Notes under the pieces: model-generated
What the model was told of the DNA's origin: nothing
Seen by the model: only the letters and a program-made list of their open reading frames with translations
The model's database searches: none
Source: Alphaproteobacteria bacterium
GTDB taxonomy: Bacteria > Pseudomonadota > Alphaproteobacteria > UBA7887
DNA: 64,000 nucleotides
NCBI GenBank assembly: GCA_965216755.1
Contig: CBDCGL010000011.1
Span: 2,240,001-2,304,000 of the forward strand
Direction: 5' to 3'
Shown: positions 11,173 through 22,836 of the stretch, in pieces
Position numbering within the stretch: the stretch's first letter is position 1
How the letters are laid out: every line of letters starts with the position of its first letter
Translations under genes and position numbers: made by a program

Positions 11173-11691
11173 TCAAGTAAGGTCTTTTGGCGTGGTATAC
11201 GACATCAATTGGGCCACGTCGGGCCCAGCCTGGCGCCATTGGGTGATCGCCAGTTCGTAACAGGCCAGCGCGCATGTCGGAAACTTGGACGCTATCAGCT
11301 TGGCATTCGGATCGCGCGACAACCGCGCCAGGCGGTTGGCGAAATCATGCAATCCTGGATTGTGCCCCACCAACATGACCGCCGAGGTGCCGTCATCTAC
11401 CCCCCGTATGACACTGACAAGGGTGCCAACATTGGCGAGGTAGAGCTGTTCGAGATATTCGACCGTCGGCGCCAAATTGGCGGCGCCAAAGGCAACATCA
11501 ACAGTTTGCCGACAGCGAATCGCGGGCGAACACAAAACGAGCTCAGGCGGTTGCTCCAGTCGCGCCAGATGGTGCCCGATGAGCAACGCCGCCCGCTCGC
11601 CACGGGCATTGAGGGGCCGCGCGGCGTCCTCGATGCCCGATTCATCCCAACTTGATTTCGCGTGCCTCAGCAGGTGCAGTTGTCGTGACAC
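11173..11691 (-). CDS. SixA-type histidine phosphatase
   Basis: LLRHAKSSW, RPLNARG, SPAIRCRQT, VGHNP, FPT. Confidence 0.9.
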   Translation of the reverse strand: MSRQLHLLRHAKSSWDESGIEDAARPLNARGERAALLIGHHLARLEQPPELVLCSPAIRCRQTVDVAFGAANLAPTVEYLEQLYLANVGTLVSVIRGVDDGTSAVMLVGHNPGLHDFANRLARLSRDPNAKLIASKFPTCALACYELAITQWRQAGPDVAQLMSYTTPKDLT

Positions 11692-11748
11692 TGCCGAGCC
11701 CTCGTCAGATAGGAAAATGGTGGCGCCGGACTGCGCCGGCGCCGTCCA

Positions 11749-12357
11749 TTAGCGCGCGGCTTGCACCTGCGCATCCATTTCGAGGTTCGCGATCAGACGT
11801 GATAGCGAGTCGTTAAGCTGACCCTGTTCCTTGCGGCCTATGCCACCCAACGCGATATCATTCACTTCGCCCGCCAACGGCACCAGTGATTTCTGGAGCG
11901 TCTTACCCTTGCGGGTCAGGCGAATATGAATCTGTCGGCGATCCGTTTCGCTGCGCACACGCTCAACCAAACCCTCGCGTTCCATACGATCCAAAGTCCG
12001 CACCATGGTGGGGGCTTCGATCCGCACGCGCTGGCTGAGCTCTTTCTGTGTGAGGCCATCTTCCTCCCACAAGCACAGAAGAACCGGTAGTTGTCCATAT
12101 CCGATCCCCTTCGGCGTCAGGCGCGCTGCAAGCGCACGCGCAACCAAACGCGAAACCAGGGTGATCAGTTGGGCCGTTGATTCCGCACGTTTCGCTGGCG
12201 CCGCAGCGCTGGCTTTACCTGCAGACTTCCGCCGTGCGACCGACGTGGACTTGGCGACCGTGCTCGCGCGGGCTCTGGACTTGCCCTTTGCTACACGCTT
12301 TGTCGCCTTACCCGTCGATCGACGAGCAGTTGATTTTCTTGTCGTTTCCCGTGCCAT
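11749..12357 (-). CDS. MarR family regulator with a basic N-terminal extension
   Basis: LWEEDGLTQKEL, TMVRTLDRMEREGLVER, DRR..LT..G; RBS AGAGG before ATG 12357. Confidence 0.88.
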   Translation of the reverse strand: MARETTRKSTARRSTGKATKRVAKGKSRARASTVAKSTSVARRKSAGKASAAAPAKRAESTAQLITLVSRLVARALAARLTPKGIGYGQLPVLLCLWEEDGLTQKELSQRVRIEAPTMVRTLDRMEREGLVERVRSETDRRQIHIRLTRKGKTLQKSLVPLAGEVNDIALGGIGRKEQGQLNDSLSRLIANLEMDAQVQAAR

Positions 12358-12497
12358 ACTAACCAAACCTCTTTTGCGGCTAGTCATTGTTTCACAAAGT
12401 GGGTTTACTTCCAAGTGGCCTATGCCGCGCAGCAATGCGGCCCTCCCAACACCGCATCGTGGCTAGCGATACGGTATCTCTTGTGAAAAAGCCCTGC

Positions 12498-13358
12498 CTA
12501 GGCAAGCCAGCGCTTGCGCCGTCGATAATGCTTCACATCGCGGTAACTACGGCGTCCGCTCTCGCTCAGACCCAAATAGAACTCCTTCACATCTTCGTTT
12601 TCGCGCAGAACCTTGGCGTCACCGTCAAGCACCACGCGTCCGTTTTCAAGGATATACCCATAGTCGGCATATCTGAGTGCGATCGTCGCATTTTGTTCAG
12701 CAATCAGAAAACTGACGCCTTCGTTCTTGTTTAATCGCGCAACGATCTCGAAAATCTCCTCAACCAACTGCGGGGCAAGCCCCATTGACGGCTCGTCGAG
12801 AAGAATAAGTTTCGGCCGTGCCATCAAGGCGCGGCCAATGGCTGTCATCTGTTGTTCGCCGCCCGAAACATACCCGGCTTGGGTTGTACGCCGATCGGCG
12901 AGGCGTGGAAAATAGTCATAGACGAGTTTTAGGTCGTCGCCAACTGCGCCGCGTCCATCGCGTCGTGTATAGGCGCCGGTTAGGAGGTTTTCCTCAACCG
13001 TCAAATGTTCAAAACAATGCCGACCTTCCATGACTTGAACGACGCCGCGAACGACCAATTCGTTCGGGCTAAGTTGTTCGACGCGCTCGTTCTGATAGAG
13101 GACCGACCCTTTCGTGACCGCGCCGCGTTCACTTCCCAGCAAATTCGAAACCGCTTTTAGCGTGGTGGTCTTGCCGGCGCCATTGGCACCAAGCAAAGAT
13201 ACCACAGCGCGTTCCGGCACTTGGAGCGATACACCCTTTAGCACCAAAATCACATGGTCATAGACGACTTCGATATTATTGACCGATAGCAAGGTCTGGA
13301 CACCGGGATCAACTGCCGGTTCCATGACCTCTGCCATCGCCATTTGTTGCGAACTCAT
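12498..13358 (-). CDS. LivF-like ABC ATP-binding protein
   Basis: GANGAGKTT, SGGEQQM, LLDEPSMGLAP. Confidence 0.93.
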   Translation of the reverse strand: MSSQQMAMAEVMEPAVDPGVQTLLSVNNIEVVYDHVILVLKGVSLQVPERAVVSLLGANGAGKTTTLKAVSNLLGSERGAVTKGSVLYQNERVEQLSPNELVVRGVVQVMEGRHCFEHLTVEENLLTGAYTRRDGRGAVGDDLKLVYDYFPRLADRRTTQAGYVSGGEQQMTAIGRALMARPKLILLDEPSMGLAPQLVEEIFEIVARLNKNEGVSFLIAEQNATIALRYADYGYILENGRVVLDGDAKVLRENEDVKEFYLGLSESGRRSYRDVKHYRRRKRWLA

Positions 13359-13370
13359 GAAAGCGCTCGA

Positions 13371-14711
13371 TCAGCCGGCTGCCGCGCAATCTCTCGGCGT
13401 GATACCTTTTTCCGCAGCATAGGCCGCCGCCGATTCCTCGATCATTTCGCGGGTAAGCTCCCAATCCGGTTCAATCCACTGATCGGTGATCAGTTGCCAC
13501 TTTTCGCCGTCCCACTGCTGGACGTTGACCATGCCGCGACCTTCATGATCTTCGCACGAAGTGCTCAGCGGCGAAAGCAACCCTTCGGCGCCTAATTCCT
13601 TGATACGCTCAGCAGTGATATCGAGATGCTCCAGAGCCCACTGGACCTCTTCCCCACTTAACGAACGGTTGCCAAACTTCACCATCGCCGTCCTAAAAGC
13701 TTCCGTCACCAAAATGCCCTGAATGACCCCTCGATTGTAGTAAATAGAACCAACTCGATCCGTGTCGATAGCGCCCTTACCGGCGTCATGGACATATTTC
13801 AGGATGTCCTGGATTATTGGAAAATCAGCGCCCGGCGCGTGGAACGTGGTCGTCACATAGCCGACCGCAGCCCGACCCGCTGGAATGACGTCTTCTTCAG
13901 ATCCACACCACCATACGCCAACAATACGCTCGCGTGGAAAATTCACCCGTGCGGCTTCTTTTAAAGCCGTTGAGCACATCACGCCCCATCCGCGATTAAT
14001 CACCCAATCGGGTTTAAACCGCCGGCCAATTTGAAGCCAGGTCGCTTTTTGATCGAGGCCAGGATGGGCAACCGGATAATGCTTCACTTCGAAGCCATAT
14101 TTCTCGGCCATGCGATTGAGCACTGGCGATGATTCTTTTCCATAAGCCGAATCATGATGCAAATTGGCGATCTTCAGCCCGGCAAGCTTATCAAAGCCAC
14201 CCGATTGTTGGGCGATATAAGCAATTTTCGCAGTGTTCTGATTCCAGTAGTTCGTGATCACCGGAAACAGATAGGGAAACACGCGACCGTCTGACGCGTC
14301 GGTGCGGCCATAGCCCACGGTCATGACCGGAATCCGGTCTTCCGCCGCGCGCTCCATGATCGCATAGGTCAAACCAGTCCCGAGCGGGTTGAAAACCGTC
14401 GCCCCCTTGTCGCCACGACCCTTAAGCCTCTCGTAACATTCGACCATGCGATCGGGCTGATAGGCGGTCTCGCACTCTTCCCACGTCAGGGGCACGCCAT
14501 TTACGCCACCGTCGCGGGCGTTCAACATGGCCATGTAATCGATGAATCCGCCGCCAACACCCGATCCGCCGGGCGCGTAGGGCCCGGTCCGGTAGAGGGT
14601 CACCGGCACAAACAGTTCCTCTGCCTGAACCACCAACGGGGCAAAACCGGCCGCAGCGACCGTCAGTGCCGCCGCAAGCCCTAGGACGGACCGTGTCCGC
14701 ACTGTCGTCAT
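13371..14711 (-). CDS. ABC substrate-binding protein (Peripla_BP_6/LivJ-like)
   Basis: Signal peptide, YRTGPYA, EECET, GYGRTDASDG, SCEDHEG. Confidence 0.9.
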   Translation of the reverse strand: MTTVRTRSVLGLAAALTVAAAGFAPLVVQAEELFVPVTLYRTGPYAPGGSGVGGGFIDYMAMLNARDGGVNGVPLTWEECETAYQPDRMVECYERLKGRGDKGATVFNPLGTGLTYAIMERAAEDRIPVMTVGYGRTDASDGRVFPYLFPVITNYWNQNTAKIAYIAQQSGGFDKLAGLKIANLHHDSAYGKESSPVLNRMAEKYGFEVKHYPVAHPGLDQKATWLQIGRRFKPDWVINRGWGVMCSTALKEAARVNFPRERIVGVWWCGSEEDVIPAGRAAVGYVTTTFHAPGADFPIIQDILKYVHDAGKGAIDTDRVGSIYYNRGVIQGILVTEAFRTAMVKFGNRSLSGEEVQWALEHLDITAERIKELGAEGLLSPLSTSCEDHEGRGMVNVQQWDGEKWQLITDQWIEPDWELTREMIEESAAAYAAEKGITPRDCAAAG

Positions 14712-14853
14712 TGCTTCCTCCCTGTCTCGTTCATTATTCGCCTTTTCCGGCGATATTTACGCAAAGTATCACAAATTCGATAGGTTGCGTTGCCAATCTG
14801 GATATCACCGCATATCGATGTGGCGGCCGCGGGCCGCCGACGGCCAAACTCAG

Positions 14854-15918
14854 CTAGTGCGGAAACGGCCATAACCTGAGTTTTTCTTTTGCAATCTGCC
14901 ACAATCTGGCCAGGCCCATCGGCTCAACAATCAAGAAAAAGATGATCAAACTACCAAAAATCACCAATTCCAAGTTCGACAGGGTATCGATCTGGATCGC
15001 TGAGCCAAACAGCGCTGCAAAATTGTTAATCAAAATTGGCAGTAAGACGATGAATGCAGCACCAAAAAATGACCCAAGAATGCTACCCAAACCGCCGATG
15101 ATAATCATAAATAGCACTTGGAACGAGCGATTGAGGTCGAATGCCTGTGGCTCCACCGTGCCCAAATACACAAACGCCCACAATCCCCCGGCCACGCCGC
15201 AATAGAACGAGCTTATGGCAAAGGCCAACAGTTTCGTTCGTAGCAGCCGGATGCCGATGACCTCAGCGGCGATGTCCATGTCGCGCACCGCCATCCACGC
15301 ACGTCCTATCGAGCCCCGCACCATATTCTTGGCCGCAAGGGTCAGCACCACAACAATCGCCAATGTCAACAAATAGCGGCTTTCGACCGACTTAAATTCG
15401 TAACCCAATACGGTGATGGGCGGCGCACTAATCACGCCTGAACTGTCATAGTTGGTGAACCAGCCAATCGTCGTTAGCATCCACTCAATCGTGAATTGCG
15501 CCGCCAGGGTCGCGACCGCCAAGTAGAACCCCTTGATCCGCAAGCTCGGCAGGCCAAACAGGATTCCGACGAGTGCCGCCACCAAACCGGCCAACGGCAA
15601 TGCGACCAAAAACGACAAGCCGTCGATACGAATCATCAGATTGTACGCGGCGAACGCGCCAGCCGCCATGAAACCGGCAGTGCCCAGCGACAATTGCCCG
15701 GCATAGCCGGTCAGCAAATTGAGTCCCAACGCCGCTAACGAATAGATCAGAAAGGGGATGAAGATCGAACCGAGCCAATACTCATTGCCAAGCAACGGTA
15801 CGGCGATGAATGCGACAAGCAACAGCAGCCATACGCCCCAGCGGTCTTGGGCAATTGGAAAGATCGCTTGATCGCTACGATATGTGCTCTTGAATTGACC
15901 GGTTTCGCGATAGAGCAT
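14854..15918 (-). CDS. LivM-like ABC permease
   Basis: GLNLLTGYAGQLSLG, GFYLAVATLA, GRAWMAVRD. Confidence 0.92.
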   Translation of the reverse strand: MLYRETGQFKSTYRSDQAIFPIAQDRWGVWLLLLVAFIAVPLLGNEYWLGSIFIPFLIYSLAALGLNLLTGYAGQLSLGTAGFMAAGAFAAYNLMIRIDGLSFLVALPLAGLVAALVGILFGLPSLRIKGFYLAVATLAAQFTIEWMLTTIGWFTNYDSSGVISAPPITVLGYEFKSVESRYLLTLAIVVVLTLAAKNMVRGSIGRAWMAVRDMDIAAEVIGIRLLRTKLLAFAISSFYCGVAGGLWAFVYLGTVEPQAFDLNRSFQVLFMIIIGGLGSILGSFFGAAFIVLLPILINNFAALFGSAIQIDTLSNLELVIFGSLIIFFLIVEPMGLARLWQIAKEKLRLWPFPH

Positions 15919-15924
15919 CGGAGT

Positions 15925-16818
15925 TTAGACCCGTTCGATGATTTTTTCGCCAAACAGGCCTTCCGGCCTAATCATCAAGAAAACCATGGCCAGGAGATAG
16001 GGGAAGAAATTCTCGACACCGCCATGGCCAAGCACATCGCTGGCAAATACCTCGGCCAGTTTTTCACCGGCGCCGATGATCAATCCGCCAACAATCGCAC
16101 CAGGCACCGAAGTAAACCCACCCAATATCAGCACCGGCAGCGCTTTCAATGCCAACAAAGAGAGGCTGAATTGAACACCCAGCCGGCTGCCCCAGATAAT
16201 CCCCGCGACAAAGGCAACGATGCCCGCCACCGCCCACACCACAATCCATACCGTCCGCAACGGAATTCCGACGCTGAGCGCGGCTTGATGATCGTCAGCC
16301 ACGGCGCGTAGGGCCCGCCCCATACGCGTGCGCTGAAAAAAGATCGCCAACAACGCGACCAACAGCCCGGCCACCGCCGCCGCGTAAATCTCGTTGGTCA
16401 CGAAAAAAAACGGCCCCAGTTCAAAAGAGGCATACGGATCGCCAATCTCCAGCGCGTGCGGATCACTACCCCAAACGCCCTGCGCCATGCCTTCGATGAT
16501 AAAATTGAGACCAATTGTGGCCATAAACAGCGTGATTGCGGGCTGGTTTACCAGCGGCCGCAGCACGACTCGTTCGACGCCGATGGCCAGTCCGATCATT
16601 ACCAGAATCGTGACCGCTGCCGCGAGCAGAAACGGCCAGTTCATTTCTAGCAAGCTCACAAATGTCAGAGCCGCCATCAGCACCATGGTGCCCTGGGCGA
16701 AATTGAACACGCCGGAAGCTTTGAAAATGAGCACAAATCCCAACGCCACCAGCGAATACATCACGCCGGCCAAAAGGCCGTCGAACAGCGCCTGAACATA
16801 GAGCAGAAAAATATCCAT
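15925..16818 (-). CDS. LivH-like ABC permease
   Basis: YSLVALGFVLIFKASGVFNFAQG, GRALRAVAD. Confidence 0.92.
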   Translation of the reverse strand: MDIFLLYVQALFDGLLAGVMYSLVALGFVLIFKASGVFNFAQGTMVLMAALTFVSLLEMNWPFLLAAAVTILVMIGLAIGVERVVLRPLVNQPAITLFMATIGLNFIIEGMAQGVWGSDPHALEIGDPYASFELGPFFFVTNEIYAAAVAGLLVALLAIFFQRTRMGRALRAVADDHQAALSVGIPLRTVWIVVWAVAGIVAFVAGIIWGSRLGVQFSLSLLALKALPVLILGGFTSVPGAIVGGLIIGAGEKLAEVFASDVLGHGGVENFFPYLLAMVFLMIRPEGLFGEKIIERV

Positions 16819-16842
16819 GAATCCCGTCCGCCGTCGCTCGAA

Positions 16843-17675
16843 TTATTGGGAGACGCCGAGGTAAGCGTCGATGACACGTTGATCCGCGCGAACCTCGTCC
16901 GGCGTGCCATCGGCTATCTTGAGGCCGTAATCCAACACAACCACACGATCGGATATGTCCATCACAACACCCATATCGTGCTCTATCAAAATCACGGTGG
17001 TGCCGAATTCATCGTTCACATCAAGGACAAATCTTGACATGTCCTCCTTTTCTTCGACGTTCATGCCAGCCATCGGTTCGTCCAACAACAACAGGCGCGG
17101 CTCAGCAGCCAAGGCACGGCCAAGTTCGACGCGCTTTTGCATGCCATAGGGAAGCCGCCCGACCGGCGTTTTCCGGATCGACTGGATTTCTAGAAAATCG
17201 ATAATCTTTTCGGCAAATTCACGATTCTCGATCTCCTCGCGTTGGAACGGCCCCCAATACAGCGCTTGCCACAAGAAACCACGCCGCATCTTCATGTTTC
17301 GGCCCGACATGATGTTATCGAGCGTGGTCATGCCCTTAAAAAGCGCCACATTCTGAAACGTGCGTGCAATGCCTTGGCGGGCGATTTCCGCCGGACCGCC
17401 CGAACGCCGTTCGACACCATCAAAGTAAATGTGACCAGCCTGCGGGTGATAGACGCCATTGACGCAGTTCAAGAGCGACGTCTTGCCGGCGCCATTGGGG
17501 CCGATGATGGCAAGAATTTCGTGCTCGCGCACCGCGACACTGACATCGTTGAGCGCCTTGACACCACCGAATGACAGCGTAATGCCCTCGGCCCGCAGCA
17601 GAACGTCGCCAAGCGCCTTGTCCGGCGGCGGCGGACCGGCGTCTTCGGGCCTCATGTCGTTGGCGTTCTCGGGCA

Positions 17676-17676
<1 letters not shown>
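16843..17676 (-). CDS. LivG-like ABC ATP-binding protein
   Basis: GPNGAGKT, RTFQN, LLLDEPMAG, IEHDM. Confidence 0.93.
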
Positions 17677-19649
<1,973 letters not shown>

Positions 19650-19855
19650 CGCCCACCACCGCCAGGCGGCGACCCAACATCGCTTGCATCTTATCCTCCC
19701 AAAATCACATTCATTGCGGCGCGTCTTCCGGCGCCTGGGCGAGGCGATTATTTCGGCAAAAGGCGTTTGTTACAACCCCGGTGTCGCCGACGTCCGCCAG
19801 CAACCTTGCCAAATCGGCACCAAATCACGGGCCCGCCGCCCGAACAATCGCCCAC

Positions 19856-20593
19856 CTATGACGATGCGAGAGCCAAAACGGGCGTGCCAATAGAAAGCCG
19901 AAGCAGGTCGTCGGCGCGCCCTTGATTGACGGCTAACTCGACCAAACCATTGGAATTTTCGTACCAGATCGGCATACCCTTTGCGACATCGGAAAATGTA
20001 CGCGCATGAGGGATGGTTTGTCGACCAGCCTTTAGAACAGCATCGGAGGGCAAGGTGCTGGCGCGCATGCCGGTCATCGCATTGCCATATGTATCGATGT
20101 AAACAACTTCGCCCAAATCATCCAGCCAATCCGCGCCCGCGACTGTCGCCGGGTCCAACCGGGTGCCATCCACAGGTTCATGGCCGGTCAGGGCCGCAGC
20201 AACCGGCGCAAAAAGGTCGCGGCCATGAAATGTCGCACTGAGTTGATCGGGGCGCCAGTCGATCTCATACCATTCAATTTCTTGGGCGCGCCGCGACACA
20301 ATGGCAAACAAACCATTGTCCGGGCCCACAAACCAACGATCGTCGGCACGTACCATAATGGGTCGTCTTCCAACATTTCCGACACCCGGATCGACAACGC
20401 CCAAACATACGCAACGTACCGGCAGCTGTTCGGCGAGCGCTGCCAAAAGATAGGCCGCGGTCTTGGGGTCGAATGTTGGCGCATCGTGCATCAAATCAAC
20501 CACCGGCTGATCCGGGTCGCACTTGGCCAGCGCCACTTTGAGCTGCCCCACATAGGGGCCTTCCGTGCCAAAATCGGTAAACAAAACAATCAT
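19856..20593 (-). CDS. DUF62 SAM hydroxide adenosyltransferase (SAM hydrolase; fluorinase/chlorinase superfamily)
   Basis: MIVLFTDFG, VVDPGVG..RR, GPDNG, ATFHGRDLFAP, YIDTYGN, NSNGLVELAVNQG; RBS GAGAAGGA. Confidence 0.92.
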   Translation of the reverse strand: MIVLFTDFGTEGPYVGQLKVALAKCDPDQPVVDLMHDAPTFDPKTAAYLLAALAEQLPVRCVCLGVVDPGVGNVGRRPIMVRADDRWFVGPDNGLFAIVSRRAQEIEWYEIDWRPDQLSATFHGRDLFAPVAAALTGHEPVDGTRLDPATVAGADWLDDLGEVVYIDTYGNAMTGMRASTLPSDAVLKAGRQTIPHARTFSDVAKGMPIWYENSNGLVELAVNQGRADDLLRLSIGTPVLALASS

Positions 20594-20606
20594 CGTGAAA
20601 TCCTTC

Positions 20607-22832
20607 TCAGTGGCGGCCCACGGCGCGCGCACCATGTGTCATCGTCACCAATGCCGCAACAAGAACCACCACCAGACCAATCCAAAGCCAGGTCATCATC
20701 GGATAGATGCGCAGCACAACCGGTACTGTCGACGGCGCGCGCACTAAGTCGGGCGACGCGCCCGCCGCTTGCGCCGTTGGCGCCTCGGCGCCAACCGCGG
20801 TATAGGAAATCGCCGGCAACCACACTTGCACATCGCGCCACCAGCCGCGATGAATAAACGGGTCAATGATTTGGCTTGCGCCGCTGATGGTGCGCGCATA
20901 ACGATAATCCAGAATTTCGCACATCAGACGGACCGGGCCCAAACCACCCGGCGCCGGCGGTTGGCTGTCACGATAGGCCGCTTGTCCGACAGCGCTTTGT
21001 ACGACGTCATCGCCGCGCCGCCGTTGCCACGCGACGCGACCGAGCGCCGAAAAGCCCCCGGCTTGGTCACCGCTGCCACGGCGGCCATCACGTGCAATTT
21101 GCTCGCGCTCGATGTCGACAGTGATCGCGTAGCCCCACGGGAAATCGATTGATTGGCCAAATCCCTCCGGAAAGCGTACGTCACGTTTGGTGTGGACATC
21201 ATAGACAGTGGCAACGGTGGCACTGAACAGGGCGACGACCAAGCCCGCATGGATGACACCAATCGGCAGGTAATAGCGCGTGACGACGCTATGGCGGCCG
21301 CGTCGGCGCATGCCGTCGATGGCCCAGACAAGGGCGGCCACAGCAAAATAGCCCATGGCCACCGCCAAACCGTCGAGCCAAGGAAATATCGCCGTCGTAT
21401 TAGCCGAGGTCATGCCTTTCCCGGTATAAAAAATCCCGGTCGGCGCGATGAAATACGGCACGAACGCGGTCGCGCAAATGACCGCGGCAGTGACGCCCCA
21501 ACGGCTTTGCCAGTGCCGAAGCGGCAGGAAATTGTGGCCGCCGGCCCAGCCGACGACAATACCAATCACCGCCAGCCAGGCATTGACCCCGAACCGATCG
21601 ACATCCCATTGGGCAAAAAGCTGATCCAGAGACTCGGCCTCGCGGGATGACACCCAGCGCGCCAAAAATGCAAAAAACGGTTTCAGCGAGGCCGGTCGGG
21701 GCCAATCCTGCCACTCAGCGATGTAGGCTTGGGCAATATAGCCAGCGGCGACGGTCGCCATGACCGTGAGCGCCAAAACCGCGATGGTGATCATCACGGC
21801 GGCCTCATTGCGGCGCGGCGCCTCCACGTTGCGGCCGCGCGCGCGCCACAATGCCCAGGGAATCGCGGCGGCAACAACAATGGCCCCGACCAGGATCCAC
21901 GGAAAAGACGTCTCGCCCACATAGCGGTGGGACGATGCCAAGGTTGGGGTCCGCGTGATAACCAGTGACAGCAACGCCGCCAGTGCGGTGGCAATGCCCA
22001 ACAGTGGGCTTAGGCGCGCATACGCACCATTGGCGCGATAGCGACGGATGGTATGCAACTGTGCGGACGCCAGGGCCCAGACGACAAACACCGATGTCTG
22101 GACGACATCCCAATGCCAAAACGCCCCAAAGGTAAAGTCTTCATAGGCCCACCACATACCGGCGGCAAGTCCGGCCGAAAGGATCAACCAGCCCCAACGC
22201 ATGTGACGGGCCGCGACCGCGGCCCATGCAGTCCCATCCCGCGCCAAGGCTTCAAACGCAGCGCCCATGGGCGCAACAAAAAAGGTGTAGGCCACAAAAA
22301 CCATCGGTGGATGCAACAACATCCAGAATCGCACCAAGTGCGCGTTCATGCCGCGTCCGTCCGCTGCCGCAAGATAGGCTTCGGGCGTTGCGGTGAAAGG
22401 CGACCACCACACGGCCCCCGACGCGAATAACGCCGTCACCAACAGGGCACCACGTCCCGTCCATGTTCCATAATTGGTCAGCGCGACGGCCGCCACGGCG
22501 CTGAAAGCACCGAGCCCCAGCAATGTCCCTTCATCGCCACCCCATAAATTAGCAAGCTTATAATACCAAGGCAGCGCGGTGGCGCTGTAAAGCCATACGT
22601 AATTGACGTTGAAACGATCGAATAGCAGCGCGTGCGCCAAGGCCAGCATCGCCGCGCACAACAGCACGGCGGCGATGGTGGCTGCCGCGTTTTGTCGACG
22701 TGGCATCAGGAGACCGCCGAGGATCGCCGCCAGCGCGCCAACCACCGAGATCTGTGACGCCAAGCCGCCGATCAGCATCAGCAGACCGGCCAAGAGTGCG
22801 GCGATGGTGACTGTTGTGAGCGTCCGGACCAC
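20607..22832 (-). CDS. Divergent CcmF/NrfE-like cytochrome c synthetase (heme lyase)
   Basis: YKLANLWGGDEGTLL, LHPP, WWAYEDFTFGAFWHWDVVQT (WWD-like), AQLH, SSHRY, IHAG, IYPMMTWLWIG; likely GTG start 4 nt after the qhpE stop. Confidence 0.85.
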   Translation of the reverse strand: MVRTLTTVTIAALLAGLLMLIGGLASQISVVGALAAILGGLLMPRRQNAAATIAAVLLCAAMLALAHALLFDRFNVNYVWLYSATALPWYYKLANLWGGDEGTLLGLGAFSAVAAVALTNYGTWTGRGALLVTALFASGAVWWSPFTATPEAYLAAADGRGMNAHLVRFWMLLHPPMVFVAYTFFVAPMGAAFEALARDGTAWAAVAARHMRWGWLILSAGLAAGMWWAYEDFTFGAFWHWDVVQTSVFVVWALASAQLHTIRRYRANGAYARLSPLLGIATALAALLSLVITRTPTLASSHRYVGETSFPWILVGAIVVAAAIPWALWRARGRNVEAPRRNEAAVMITIAVLALTVMATVAAGYIAQAYIAEWQDWPRPASLKPFFAFLARWVSSREAESLDQLFAQWDVDRFGVNAWLAVIGIVVGWAGGHNFLPLRHWQSRWGVTAAVICATAFVPYFIAPTGIFYTGKGMTSANTTAIFPWLDGLAVAMGYFAVAALVWAIDGMRRRGRHSVVTRYYLPIGVIHAGLVVALFSATVATVYDVHTKRDVRFPEGFGQSIDFPWGYAITVDIEREQIARDGRRGSGDQAGGFSALGRVAWQRRRGDDVVQSAVGQAAYRDSQPPAPGGLGPVRLMCEILDYRYARTISGASQIIDPFIHRGWWRDVQVWLPAISYTAVGAEAPTAQAAGASPDLVRAPSTVPVVLRIYPMMTWLWIGLVVVLVAALVTMTHGARAVGRH

Positions 22833-22836
22833 CGGG

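Noticed and set aside
19856-20593. Fluorinase/chlorinase (halogenase) call
   Set aside because: Keeps the Asp-Arg-His signature (DPGVG..RR, FHGRD) of DUF62 hydrolases; no halometabolite genes nearby
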